From positions 27,528,001-27,592,000 of the forward strand of contig NC_043017.1 in assembly GCF_006345805.1 (NCBI RefSeq): a stretch of DNA of 64,000 bases. The letters run 5' to 3'. The notes below the pieces were generated by a model. The model ran no database searches, was not told the origin of the DNA, and was given only the letters and a program-made list of their open reading frames with translations. Shown here piece by piece: positions 27,765 to 41,362 of the stretch (the first letter of the stretch is position 1; every line of letters starts with the position of its first letter). The translations under genes were made by a program, and so were the position numbers. The DNA comes from Octopus sinensis (taxonomy: Eukaryota).

Positions 27765-28943
27765 GTATATATATATGTATGTATGTATGTGTATATATAT
27801 GTATGTATGTATGTATGTGTATATATATATGTATGTTGTATGTGTATATATATATATGTATGTATGTATGTATGTGTATATATATATATATGTATGTATG
27901 TATATGTATATATATATATCTGTATTTGTATGTATATATATATATATCTGTATGTGTATGTATATATATATATATATCTGTATGTGTGTATGTATATATA
28001 TATCTGTATGTATGTATATATATATCTGTATGTATGTATGTATGTATATATATATCTGTATGTATGTGTATGTGTGTATATATATATATATCTGTATGTA
28101 TGTGTATGTTTGTATATATATATATCTGTATGTATGTGTATATATATATATATATCTGTATGTATGTGTATATATATATATATATCTGTATGTATGTGTA
28201 TATATATATATATATATATCTGTATGTATGTATATATATATCTGTATGTATCTGTGTATATATATATATATATCTGTATGTATGTGTATATATATATATA
28301 TATATCTGTATGTATCTGTGTGTATATATATATATATATCTGTATGTATCTGTGTATATATATATATATATATATGTATGTATACATATATATATATATA
28401 TATCTGTATGTATCTGTGTATATATATATATATATCTGTATGTATCTGTGTATATCTATATATATATATCTGTATGTATCTGGTATAATATATATATATA
28501 TATATGTTTGTATATATATCTGTATGTATGTATATATATATATATATATCTGTATGTATCTGTGTGTATATATATATATATATATATGTTTGTATATATA
28601 TCTGTATGTATGTATATATATATATATATATATCTGTATGTATCTGTGTGTATATATATATATATATATATGTTTGTATATATATCTGTATGTATATATA
28701 TGTATATATATATATCTGTATGAGTCTGCATTTGTGTGTGTGTAGGGAGAGGGGAAAGAGAGATTGATATACATATATATACATATAGGTATGTATACAT
28801 GCATTATACACCAACATAAATAGGCACATATATATTTACCCATATAAATATATATATATATGTATGTATATATATGAATATAACTATATATATACATTCA
28901 TACACACATATGTATTTATATGAATATAACTATATATATACAC

Positions 28944-28975
<32 letters not shown>

Positions 28976-28980
28976 ATACA
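27604..28980. repeat. Compound (TA)n-TCTG-(TATG)n microsatellite with higher-order periodicity
   Basis: Source of the 300-475 aa IY pseudo-ORFs. Confidence 0.95.
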
Positions 28981-29752
28981 CACAGAATCATACTTATCTC
29001 ATACATATATACAATATACATAAACAAATCTCCAGATCATAGGAAAGTGTTAGGATTTGTCGGGAAAATAACGGAACATGACAATGAAGGAAACCAAAAG
29101 ACAAAAAAAAAAACAAAAGACGAAAACAAAAAGCAAAATTGACAAAGAACCAAAAAACCTTAAGTGAACACGAATAAAAAATAATAACAATATAACAGGA
29201 AAAAAAACAAAAGAACATAGGAATAACAAAATAGGAATTATTCTCATATATCATTCGAAAACAATATTGGTAACAATCAAGATGAGAATGATGAATAATC
29301 GTGCCCTCGTTTATCATATTGACAATATAAACTTGTGACCGGTTATGGGGTGAGTGAGTAAAGAGTATTATTGTTATAATATAGAAATTAGTAGATTTAT
29401 AATAAATAGTTTCTTTTTGGTGGTGGTGTTGTTGTTTATGTTATATATTTATAATTTTTTTACTGTCGTTCCTCTGTAGGTTTGTTTGTTCCTTTGGCTC
29501 CGAAACGCTAATGTAATAAAAGCAATAAAACGATCTCAGAATTGTCTCTTGTGTTTTCGCTGGTAACAATGGCTCGTATTTATTCCTTGTATTCGTATTT
29601 ATATATGTGTCTGTCTGTCAGTCTCTGTCTATCTGTGTGTGTAAGTGTCTGTCTGCCCGTCTGTCTGTGTATATATCTCTCTCTCTATCTACGTATATAG
29701 CTTTCTATTTGTTTCTCTCTTTTTCTCTCTACACACACACACATATATATAT

Positions 29753-29833
<81 letters not shown>

Positions 29834-30178
29834 CTACAGAGCTTAGCTGTTCTCTAAAAGAAACCAATCAAATAAGCTATAGGCTTTAAATAGATAAGTA
29901 CTGGAGTCGATTAATTTTATAAAAACTCCTTCAAACCACTGCCCCTGCATTGCCGCCCTGTGAAACACATAAAGACCAACAAACAAACACGAGTTACACA
30001 GATTATATATATATATAATATATATATATATATATCTGTGTATATATGTTTGTGTGTGTGAGTGTCTGTCCGCGACCACCACTGCTTGACAACTCGTGTT
30101 TGTTTGTTGGTTTATGCCCCCCGTAACTTAGCGGTTGTGTAATAAAGATCAATCAAATACTCTACAGGCTTTAAATAA

Positions 30179-30442
30179 ACGTAGTTCTCGGAGATATTCA
30201 GCGTGACACAGATGGTGACAAGGCCGGCCCTTTGAAATACAGGTACAACAGAAACAGGAAGTAAGAGTGAGAGAAAGTTGTGGTGAAAGAGTACAGCAGG
30301 GATCACCACCATCCCTGCCGGAGCCTCGTGGAGCTTTATGTGTTTTCGCTCAATAAACACTCACAACGCCCGGTATGGGAATCGAAACCGCGATCCTACG
30401 ACCGCGAGTCCGCTGCCCTATCCACTGGGCCATTGCGCCTCC
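30179..30442 (-). mobile_element. SINE family C with tail type 2
   Basis: Head ggaggcgcaatggcccagtgg; tail cctgtttctgttgtacctgtatttcaaagggccggccttgtcac...gagaactac. Confidence 0.85.
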
Positions 30443-30706
30443 ACTTAAGTATGCTAGTACTCTAGTAAATCATCTGCAGTACTGCATATATTCTGTCAGC
30501 ACCCGAAGGTGGAAACTAAATTTAAACTCGGTGAGATATTTGAACTCTGATCATAATGATGTGTAAGAAAATATCGCTAATTTAGCACCTTACCACTTGG
30601 GACGTCAATTGTATTCAGCATTTTATTGATAGATACCCAATGATTCATCGAAGGATTTGAACGGAAATCTTTTGTATTAAATACAAGTTACTTTGTTCGG
30701 AATTAC

Positions 30707-31101
30707 GGAGATGTACTTGCACAGCAAGTGACTTGATCTGAGATCGTGTGCTGGAACGAAAACAATTGCAGCGTGGAAGGTGTTTATAAGCCATTTAAGA
30801 AACACACAAAAACCGTTCGATTCACTTCAACATTTAAGTTTAATCTGTCAAAATATTTTCGTCGTTTTAAGACCGCGACCTGTTCACTGACAAAGCACCG
30901 TGCTGCACGAAGCTTTGTCAGTGAACAGGTCGCGGTCTTAAAGCGACGAAAATATTTTGACAAATTAAACTTAAATGTTGAAGTGAATCGAACGGCATTT
31001 GTGTGTTTCTTAAATGGCTTGCAAAAACCTTCTACGCTGCATTTGTTTTCGTTTCAGCACACGATCTCAGATCAAATCACTTGCTATGCAAGTACATCTC
31101 C
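30707..31101. repeat. Family E fold-back element, 395 bp, arms of about 190 bp
   Basis: ggagatgtacttgc...ctgacaaagc / gctttgtcag...gcaagtacatctcc; short loop accgtgctgcacgaa. Confidence 0.92.
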
Positions 31102-31927
31102 TTAATTTTATCGATAGTTAACATAGAAAAGAAATAAGTCTTAAAGATTGCATAATCGGTTTAGGCCAACTGTACTACCCAATTATTCATCTAAGGATTT
31201 GAACGGAAATCCTTTGTGTTAAATTCAAGTTACTTTATTCGTCACTCCGCTAATTCTGCCAAAACACCACTATATATATAAATACAGTCGAAAATTGTAT
31301 TACGAAGTATTTCAGCGAAACGAAAATCTGCCTGGGTGCCCAGAAAAGTACCTTAGTCTATATTGAATCTAATTCATTCTTTGCATGAATTACACCGTGA
31401 TGTCCTCTAGTGAAGCTAATACATTCTACACTTCAGTTACATTTGTAAATGTCCGTTAGTGAAGCATGAGCAGTTGCAAATTTAATTCCACACTCCTTTC
31501 TATAAATACATCGCTGCCATTGAATGCAAGTAAGCATTATTGTGAATTGGTAAGCAGGCAGAAATGTTAAGGACGTCGGACTAAAGTGAAGTATTCGGTA
31601 ACGTTTAAAGCTAACATACTTAACGGGGCAAACAATAAAGCTAGAGTTAATAAAGAATTAACCACTGTCGCAGAAAGGTGAGCACTGAACCAATTCTTCA
31701 AGCATGTTGCGAAACAAAGAGAGTCGACATCTCAAAGTAACGAGGAAAACGATATTGATTAAAGAGCTCAGCATATCTATTAATTAGGGTTTCAAAAAAA
31801 TTCAAGCGCAATATGAAGGGCGGTTTTATAAACGCATTGTCATACACGTTTCAGTTTTATTACACATCATCAGCAAAATATGTAAAATGTGGACTATATG
31901 AGAGTATCTCATTATTATATTATAATA

Positions 31928-32350
31928 GGCGCAGGAGTGGCTGTGTGGTAAGTAGCTTGCTAACCAACCACATGCCTCCGGGTTCAGTCCCACTGCGTGG
32001 CATCTTGGGCAAGTGTCTTCTGCTATAGCCCCGGGCCGACCAATGTCTTGTGAGTGGATTTGGTAGACGGAAACTGAAAGAAGCCTGTCGTATATATGTA
32101 TATGTATATATGTGTATGTGTGTATTTGTCCCCCTAGCATTGCTTGACAACCGATGCTGGTGTGTTTACGTCCCCGTCACTTGGCGGTTCGGCAAAAGAA
32201 ACCGATAGAATAAGTACTGGGCTTACAAAGAATAAGTCCCGGGGTCGATTTGCTCGACTAAAGGTGGTGCTCCAGCATGGCCGCAGTCAAATGACTGAAA
32301 CAAGTAAATGATAAAAGATAAAAAAAGATAAAAAGAAAGATAAAAAAAAT
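31928..32350 (+). mobile_element. SINE family A, full length with an expanded A-rich tail
   Basis: Consensus match. Confidence 0.92.
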
Positions 32351-32400
32351 AAATTCGTGACAGAATTTTACAATAGATGAATGGATGGATAGATAGATAA

Positions 32401-32588
32401 GGCGGCGAGCTCGCAGAAGCATTAGCACGCCGGGCGAAATGCTTAGCAGTATTTCGTCTGTCTTTAAGTTCTGGGTTCAAATTCCGCTGAGGTCGACTTT
32501 GCCTTTCATCCTTTCGGAGTCGATAAATTAAGTCCCAGTTACGCACTGGGGTCGATGTAATCAACTTAATCCCTTTGTCGGTCCTTGT
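32401..32588 (+). mobile_element. SINE family B, 3'-truncated
   Basis: ggcggcgagctcgcagaagc head. Confidence 0.88.
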
Positions 32589-33289
32589 ATAATGTATGCG
32601 TTTAACGGTATTTCTACCATGATTCTAAAAAAAATTCAGACATGCAAGGACAACTTCAAATATGTTCCTGTCTTATTACACCTCCTCAGCAAAACATAAA
32701 AAGTATCGACAATAAGAAAATAGATCATTATTATATTATTGCATAATCATGATTTAATTTTACAAATATTAATGCCTACCAGGGCGGCATGTGGCAAAAA
32801 TTCTTACAAGTTTCTTCAACTCTTAGTAATCTATCGGGGTAGATTCGACTTATTTTCTACATTTATATACTTCAAACTGTCCTTTTCTCTTTTACAGTCT
32901 CTTTGCAAAGGAACAGATTCAATAAGGCTTGTGGCTCTGCGCATTTTTAGATGATTGATCTAACTTTGTATCAAATTATTTTCCGTTTGTCTTGTGAGTG
33001 ACGTGTTATATGAGAGGTACTGCGATCGATATCAGTCTCTGATATGGTTTCTGTTAAAAGAAACGGAAGAGGCTATTATCAAATGGTCGCATATACACAT
33101 ACAAACACGTATACGTATATAAGAGCGCATACATATATTTTATAATATAATACATGACTATTTACACATACAAACATAGATACATATACATGCGTACGTA
33201 CATACACATTCAATAAAAAGCTCCATGAAGCTTCACATTGATTTAACTTACAGATATTCACATGTATGTTCAGTACACTCAGACTTCGA

Positions 33290-33835
33290 GTCTGTATTTA
33301 CACGCAGAAGGTAGCCTCTATGCAGCATATAAGCTATTGAGAAAGACTCAAGAGATTAAGATTCTATTCCTTAGAGCGTAAGCGAGAAAGATATGCCATA
33401 ATATACATCTGGAAGATCCTGGAAGGACTTGTCCCAAACTTTGGCATCGAGAGTTACACAAATATTTGAACTGGGCGCCTCTGTATAGCACCAAGGCCTC
33501 TAAATTTACCATCAAGATGTTAGACAAGATACTGCAATAGCCTGGGCTTCAGAGGTCCACAGCTCTTCAAAATCCTCTCGAAGGACATGAGAGATCTGCA
33601 TGGGGTGGATGTAGGTATCTTCAAAATAAACTTGGACCTCTTTCTGTCAAGTGTCCAAGATGAACCTCGCGGCAGGAGGTGCAGATGAGGGTAGCAGCAT
33701 CAAACTCTCTCATGCACCAAATGCCAATTCCTAAAAAAGCATTGGTGAAGTAAATTTGTGTAACAACATCTAATGGTGGTGCCCCTGCATGGCCACAGCT
33801 CTTGAGTTGAAACTAGATAAAAAAATAAATAAAAT
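33290..33835 (+). mobile_element. 3' fragment of a second CR1/L2-group LINE subfamily
   Basis: Reads YSLERKRERYAIIYIWKILEGLVPNFGIES...LGFRGPQLFKIL...DLHGVDVGIFK, homologous to 23900-24200. Ends in ggtggtgcccctgcatggccacagctcttgagttgaaac. Confidence 0.88.
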
Positions 33836-34371
33836 GTATTAATAAAGAGAGAGAGATAGAGAGAAATAGACAGATAGATAGATAGATAGGTATATATATA
33901 CTATTTCACTTGGCCCATACGGCTTTTGATTACAACCCTTCTGTTAACGTTAGAGTAGAAACAGAGCTGTCATCTGCTCGGATAAGTATTCTAAGACCTT
34001 CTCGCCACGAACGTTTTATTTTAACCTTTTAACTTACCAGTTATATATTTTTTTTAAGCAGCTCTTTTTTCTTTTACCTAACCCTTGCAGTTATTGCAAT
34101 TTATTGGAGTGTGAATAAGTTCATACATCCCGACATAGCAGAGGGTAATGAAATTTCCCATGCAGTTATATATCAGAGATAGAACCTAATTCTTCTTTCC
34201 CTCTGTATTCTGGTAGGTGTAGCATTAAAGATCTACCTGAAACACAAAAGGAAATATTCTTACATACGCTAAGTTTATATATATAATAAGATGGACAAAA
34301 GGAAAGAAAATTGAAAGCAAACTGACGTCTTTGGTCTTGTGTGAAACTACTACTACTATTACTAATACTAT

Positions 34372-34402
<31 letters not shown>

Positions 34403-35714
34403 GCGTTCGCTGCTCCTGCTACTAAGCCATTTCTTCTATTCTTGCTCGTGGAACCAAATCTCAATTACGTCTGTCAGCCATTCTATCACATGGTTTTTCA
34501 TTTTCAAAATAATTATCGCCGCCATTGTTTTGTGCGTGTGAGCGTGTGTTTATGAGCGTGTGTGAAGTAATGAGACAGACAAAAGACAAAAGAGAGGAGA
34601 GAGAGAGAGAGAAGGAGAGACAGACAGAGAGAGAGAGAGAGAGAGAGACTTTCAGAGAATGAAACTAGCGTCTGTGGAATTGCTTAAGCATTAAGTTGAA
34701 TCGTATTTCTTCTTAACCGGGTGGGTGAACTTGTTCGTAGATTGGTAAATCGGTGAATGAATGAATCTTCCGATAGACCTGTAATGCGAGAGGAATTGCA
34801 ATCAATATGTCTGACGCCATATCAATGTAGAGAACAACGACGTGTGACGGTATCTAGCTTGTTTCAAAGCAACTAAATCCTAGGTAAACTTAACGGAAAA
34901 TATCTTTTAACACAAAATGACAAAAACCTTTCATCCATATTAGATGTGTTTCTTAAATGTGAGTATTGAAGTTTGACAGACGCGTTCAACCTCTGGAATA
35001 CATTCCCAACAACCGGCTGCTATAAATTCTTACTGATATTAAAGAATTGTTCTTGTTCATATTGTTGTTGCTATTTTAGTATTAGTAGTAGTAGTAGTAG
35101 TAGTAGTAGTTCTTTTTCTTCTTCTTTCAAACCTTCATCGACTTTTCGAACTAGTAGTAGTTGTTCTTCTTCTTTTCCTCTTCTTTTTCCTCTTCTTTTT
35201 CCTCTTTTCCCTCTTTTTCTTTCTCTACTTCTTCTAAATCTTCGTCCACTTTTCGGACGACATCTGTAATATATATACCCTTCCTTAGTTTTTTCTCATC
35301 CTTTCATATCTGAATCGTCTTCATACTCTTTTCCTCCTCTTCTCCTTCTTCGTCAACATTTTTTCTTCTTGTCCTCTTTCTTTCAATATTATTAATGAGT
35401 TGCAATTTCGTATGAGATCAACTTTGCTTTCATCCAAGCGAGATCGATAACATAAAGTTCTAATCAATCACAGAGGTAGATTTTACAGATTAAGCACCCT
35501 CCCCTCAAATTTGCACACCGATATTTAAATCAGAAACAGTTATTGTTGCCGTTGCTGCTTTGCTGTCTTTGCTGGTTGTGGTACTAGTCATGGTGGTGGT
35601 GGCCATGGTTGTGGTTGGCGATGATCATCTAATGCTGTTTTTCATATTGCTGGTCTTCTAATTGTTGATGTTGCTGTAAATATTGACTACACACTTAGGC
35701 ACGATGCCAGAATG

Positions 35715-36172
35715 TACGGAGTGGGGGTGAAATGATTACGTTGACCCCCAATTCACAAATATTTCGTGTTTTATTGATCCCGAAAAGATAAAAGGTAAAT
35801 TCGACCTCGGCTGATTTTGAACTCAGAACGTACGGACGGACAAATGCCGTTAAGCGTTTTCCCTGGCGTGCTACCGATTCTGCTAGCTCACCACCTTAAC
35901 AATAATAATAATAATAATAATAATAATGATTGTGACCGACCAGGCTATCAGATGTTGCTGTGCATCGCTGGTCACAATGCGCTTAACATTGTTTTAGCCT
36001 TCAAATGTCGCCATCCCGCTGGCTAAGCGAGCAGACCAACAGAAGAAAGAGAAAGTTGTGGCGAAAGAGTACAGCAGGGATCGCCATCACTCCCTGCCGG
36101 AGCCTCGTGGAGCTATAGGTGTTTTCGCTGAAAAATACTCGCAACACCCGGTGTGGGTATCGAAACCGCGAT
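35715..36172 (-). mobile_element. Degraded SINE B (35715-35897) and SINE C tail type 1 (35931-36172), separated by (AAT)n
   Basis: Consensus matches. Confidence 0.8.
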
Positions 36173-36504
36173 TACGTTGACGCTTAAGACCTCCTCTTGC
36201 CCTGCCACAATTTTTCTTTCCGTTATTTCTTAATTCCTCCTCTCTTTACCCAACCAGTCTCTTGTGATCTACCCTTTCTTTTGTGTACCTGAAATTCCTG
36301 GGAAAATATACTGAGCGTCATGTCTTCCGGCTATACGTCTCGCAGTTCCAGCCCAAACGAGGTCAACTTTGGCCTATATGCTTTCAGGTTCGATAAAATA
36401 ATATATCTACCAATAATATATCTTAAACAAAAATTGCTTTGTGGCAATATTTTCTTTGATTATCATCTACACCAAAATTATCAGCATTATTGTTATTATT
36501 CTAT

Positions 36505-36935
36505 ATTTGTCTTCTGCTTTACGTTTGCTCAAGTTGGCTCCAAGTCTCACCCAGAGACGTCAAGAGACAACAAGTTGGAAGTTCATGTTGCTGTTATGCC
36601 TAGGGTGCCATATATTTGGTTTTGTATTTAGTTTTGTACTAGTGTTGTTGTTATTATTATTATTATTATTATTCTTTGTTTGAATTCTGCTTTACATTTG
36701 CACAAGCTGGCCCCAAGTCTCACCCAGAGACCTCAAGAGACAACAAGTTGGAAGTTCATGTTTGTGTTATACCTAGGATGCCATATTTTTGGTTTTGTAC
36801 TTAGTGTTGTTCAAGTGAATGCCTAAAAAATCATACGAAAATTAGCTTTGTTTTAAAACTTGAGTTACAGAGAAAGTATTTTGCGTAGGATATGAGCAGT
36901 TCCCATGAGGTCTATTCTTCTTCTTCTTCTTCTTC

Positions 36936-36973
<38 letters not shown>

Positions 36974-37135
36974 TAGTAGTGTTACTTTTATAACATGCTT
37001 TCACCACACTACTAAGCGCAGCTCTGTGTGCCGTGGTTGTGTACTGTGGTTTGCTGGTATTCTCTTACGGTCACTGTATTGAAAGCTTTTTTACGTAGGA
37101 TGTTTACAGTTCCTAGTAGTACTATTTTATGTATG

Positions 37136-37174
<39 letters not shown>

Positions 37175-37260
37175 AGTCCTGGTGTTTTTGTTGTGTATTT
37201 GTCTGAATATTTTTTTATCATATCTAATGCGCCCACTATGGTTGGAATTATTTTTATTCA
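36505..37260 (-). mobile_element. Three stacked 3' ends of R4/Dong-type (RLE) non-LTR elements, each followed by (TAA)n
   Basis: GALDMIKK...IHKIVLLGTVNILRK (about 37080-37236) and LMGTAHILRKILSL-stop (about 36870-36914) match the RLE-clade C-terminus. The 3' UTR is duplicated at 36525-36640 and 36700-36800. Confidence 0.72.
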
Positions 37261-37810
37261 GTGAGAGAGAAGTGCCTCTCATCGAAGTGACACTGGGGTA
37301 AAATACACGAAGCCCAGTATACCCATCATGACTACCCGTCTGACAAGGATACACTAGGCACATGCTTCACAACTATATGTGCGCGACATGGTGATCTCAT
37401 ATCAAGATAAATAGTACATGACCTTGCAGCTGAGGCCCTGTTAGAATTTTCTTCTGGTCGAGTAGCCCATCCCTCCTAAAATGTCCCTGAATAAGGGTTG
37501 TTTAAGGATGTTGAACTAAACACCCATGGTTCCAGAGGTGAATTATTGAAACCCCAAAGAATCCCTCTCAGCACACGGCTATGGTTCTCCCCCACTACTT
37601 CTGCTCGTGATCAGAGATGCCCATATCGTCAGCCATTAAGGGACATGGTCAACTGATTAAGGTCAAACAATTGACAAGCAAATCTGTGGTATTGAGCAGA
37701 ATATTTTCTTTAGCCCATCTTTTATACCAAGACAAAACAATGTACTTGATAACACTTCCAATCAGTTAAGATAAGAAGCCACTGTCTTGTACTGCTTCAG
37801 GGTATTGAAT
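37258..37810 (+). mobile_element. Family G non-LTR-like repeat with (ATT)n tail
   Basis: Its 3' 200 bp recur in reverse complement at 48560-48775. Confidence 0.65.
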
Positions 37811-37828
37811 TATTATTATTATTGTTGT

Positions 37829-37860
<32 letters not shown>

Positions 37861-39700
37861 TTGATATCGTTCTTTCAATGTTGGTTCAGATGTGTCTCTG
37901 ACAGCAATCATTAGTCTTTAAGAATTGATGCTATTAACACTTTTCTAATTCTCATTCATCATAACAATCTTGGTCTTGTTGTTCATAGAAATTCTCACGC
38001 CATACACATATTCTTGATTATCACTTATTGCACTGCTATACTCTTTCTATCATAGCTGTGAGTTATATATTTCTTGCTAGCTTACAGCGTTGCTTCTGTC
38101 TATGATTAATGAAATTTTCATATTTTCTGAACGCTCTAGATTTACTCTCTTGTGGCTATTGTTCCATAATAGACTAAAACCGATTGAGTAGATAAGCGTC
38201 TTAAAACTACGACCATACATTATTTGTGTTAAACATACTCAACATAATATAACTTTACTGAAAATACTCTTCCATATTTCTTAAGTGATCTTTAGAATGG
38301 AATGGAATAGATTGAAATATTTTTGCCTTGACTTTTTGTAGGTGATTATATTCACAGAAATATATTCTTCAATATTTCACTTTATTTTTAGACAGAATCT
38401 CTACATTATTTCATCTCAAACTCACGTAAATTTATTTCAATTCCACAACTAATGCGATTGTGAAAATATGAAATTTATTCTTCTCGTTTCTTCACCAATA
38501 CGCTGTAAAGCGGAAATCGATAGTATGTTTACAGTAGGTAAATGCTGGCTTAAAAGTGAGGCCACTCATGTTAATGAGGTTAACTGAAGTTTTATTTGAC
38601 ACCAATAACCTTTGGCACCGAGTTATGTATGTCATACATGATCTCTCGTAGAAATCGGTACGGAATATATTTCGTATCTTTGCCATATTTTATTGATTGC
38701 ATTCTAAGACATGGGTGAAATATTTTTTTTTTCCGTTTATGGAGAAAACCTCTTATGTATTTTTGAAAATATGTTTTCGAATTATTATTTCTTTTATTAA
38801 TGAGGCCGTTATTAAAAATTGAACATTAATTAAGAATTCTAGAGTTGGGGTTAATTGAATTGACTTTTTTGTTTTGCATTATTTCGTTTCTTTTTATTCT
38901 TTTTTAAATCGGGGACTGATTAAAATGTTTCGCATCTCTTGCAAATGGTGAATTGATTGCAGTAATTGATTTTTTTTTTCATACGGGAATCAAATAGCCA
39001 ATTGAATATTGTTATATATTTTATTTTTAATTTTTTCGATATGAATTGTACAATGAAAACATTCACCCGATGCATTTAAACATCGTTAGGTAACGTGTGC
39101 CAGAGAATGAAAGTACTTGTAAGGGCCGCAATTACTGCATCTAATTGATCATTCGACCAACTACAATAACCAGCCAAAGTAGTAAATATGATACACTACA
39201 CTTTCAAAAAACTGAGATTAGAGAATTTAATTTATATTTGAAACAGAGAGTAGAGAAGAATCGGATCTATTCTGACTGCGAGTACTTTTAGCATAGGCCA
39301 TCTCGATCAGATCTGACTTCATGTTGAATAACAGTACAAACAACAATAACAATTACAACGAATGTCTCGATGATATAATTTCTGTTTCAAGTCATTTCAT
39401 AAGACATCGCCCTCAGAACATCGTTTGTTTTAATTTGAATATACATACATACATGCACAGACGCAAACACCAGCGTGCGCATATAATATTAGTATTATGC
39501 ATATTATATACATATAACATTAGTATTATGTATATTCACATATGTATGACACAAAGACAGGTACAATCGATAGATAGATATAGAGATAGATAAATAGAGA
39601 GGGAGAAAGAGATAGAGATGAATCGATACCGACATATATACACTTGCACACAAACATACGAAACAAACGTGTGTGTGTCTGTGTGTGTATATATATATAT

Positions 39701-39815
39701 TTCGTTTTTCTATTTGGTTCGCAAGATTCTTTGTGAGAATTCGAGTGATGATGCACATTTTGTTGCGTCTGGGGAGAGTCATTCTCTTTTAATATCTTAT
39801 TAATTAGCACATTCA
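39701..39815. repeat. Family F fragment
   Basis: Follows (TA)n; matches 61899. Confidence 0.7.
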
Positions 39816-39912
39816 CCTGTCCAATGTGCAGTCTCTATCTGCCTATTTATCTATCTACCTATTTATCTATCTATCTACCTACCTGTCTGTCTGCCTATAT
39901 ATGTGTGTGTGT

Positions 39913-39971
<59 letters not shown>

Positions 39972-40169
39972 CATACATACATACATAGACAGACAAATAA
40001 ATAAGTAAATAAATAGCGAGGTAGACAGACAGACAGACAGGCAGGCAGTTTGTCTATCTATCTCTTTATCTCTCTCTCTCTCTCTCTCTCTTTCTCCCTC
40101 TCTCTTTCTCCCTCTCTCTATCTATATATCTATCGATCTAGATAGATAGATAGATTGAAAAGAGCAACT

Positions 40170-40216
40170 CCAATCATTGCGCACTGGAATCGGATCCGTT
40201 ATGCTTACTATATAAG
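40170..40216 (+). promoter_or_regulatory. Possible Pol II core promoter (CCAAT at 40170, TATATAAG at 40209)
   Basis: Motif order and spacing in non-repeat DNA, upstream of a Kozak-like aggATGG at 40248. Motif-only evidence. Confidence 0.25.
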
Positions 40217-41199
40217 TCAGGAATGAAGGATACACAGGGGAAGGAGGATGGCTACCATTTCTAGCCGAGAGATCCACCATCTGAGATGTCTCTCATTAGC
40301 TCCTGTGGAATCTGACATTACAGATCACACCATTCCAGAAGAGAAATTTCGACTCAAATATTAAACATGATAAAGACGAGTATTTATTTCCCACTGGAAT
40401 TCATGCTAAAACATCGAGGCTAGAATTCCGATTGTAATATAGGTAATCCATTATAATTGCCATAAATATACTATATTATAAGACAGACTGTGAACCAGAT
40501 CAAACTCGTGTTTGAAGATTTGTTGTAGATTGTTTTTCATCCCTCCTCTAAAATTATAGATCCGTTTAGACTGTTTATCTTATGTTTATGCTAGTATGTG
40601 TAGGATGATGTTCTGTATATCCTGGAATATAGCTGGAATTGATATCAGACATAATAAATGAGATAATGTTTATAGCTAATCGCAGCAGGATATTTGCTTT
40701 GAAAGTTTAACCTTGTGATCTGAAGTCTGCGAACTCTGACAAAATGCCGCTGCTTATGAAGACGGACATAATTTCCTCATTTGCGCATTAGTAGTCTCAT
40801 ATTTACGCAAGTACGTACACGCGCATGCACATACTCAAATACACACACACATACACACACACGCACACACACACACACATAAGCCAAGTACGTATTCAGT
40901 AAATACACTAGTTTACTTTCTCCCAGATGATTTAGCTCATAGTTACATATACATGTGTATGTGTATACATACATGCATTCAATATTTAAATACATAGATA
41001 CACATATACATTCATGCTTATATACATACATATAGGCATATATACATACATACATATGCATATATATATTTATGTATGCATGTATATACAGATATATAAA
41101 GGTAAAGATATACGCATATTATGGAACGTACTAAAGCGGTAGCCGATGTTATATAAATATTTCAATGGAATCAAAGCTTTTGAAATGCTTTTTCATCAG

Positions 41200-41362
41200 A
41201 GACATAAATTCATCTAAAACCGTGACCATAAATTTAGATGTTGGCTCTCTTGACGAACATTACGCTAAAGACTATTTTGAAGAAATGCATACTGAAATTT
41301 GTGGGTCATTATCACTGAATAGCACAACCCAATACAATTATTTTACATCGTATTCCACTATA
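41200..41362 (+). CDS. Candidate exon DINSSKTVTINLDVGSLDEHYAKDYFEEMHTEICGSLSLNSTTQYNYFTSYSTI
   Basis: Acceptor ttttcatcag, donor ATA/gtaaat, open frame, two NxS/T sequons. Ends in phase 0, compatible with the 42470 candidate. Confidence 0.3.

Noticed and set aside
27462-28897. Long ORFs of 318-475 aa (also those at 5.1-6.0, 13.5-14.8, 43.1-44.5 and 59.8-60.3 kb)
   Set aside because: They are translations of (TA/TG/CA) microsatellites (IYIY/HTHT/CVCV), which lack stop codons by composition.
30880-30925. Apex of the family E hairpin as a hammerhead (ctgacaaagc...)
   Set aside because: The core has mismatches and the apparent stems are simply the arms of the palindrome.
41200-41260. Resemblance of NSSKTVTINLD to the nAChR/chemotactile-receptor N-terminus
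   Set aside because: The similarity is too short, and there is no Cys-loop or other family motif nearby.
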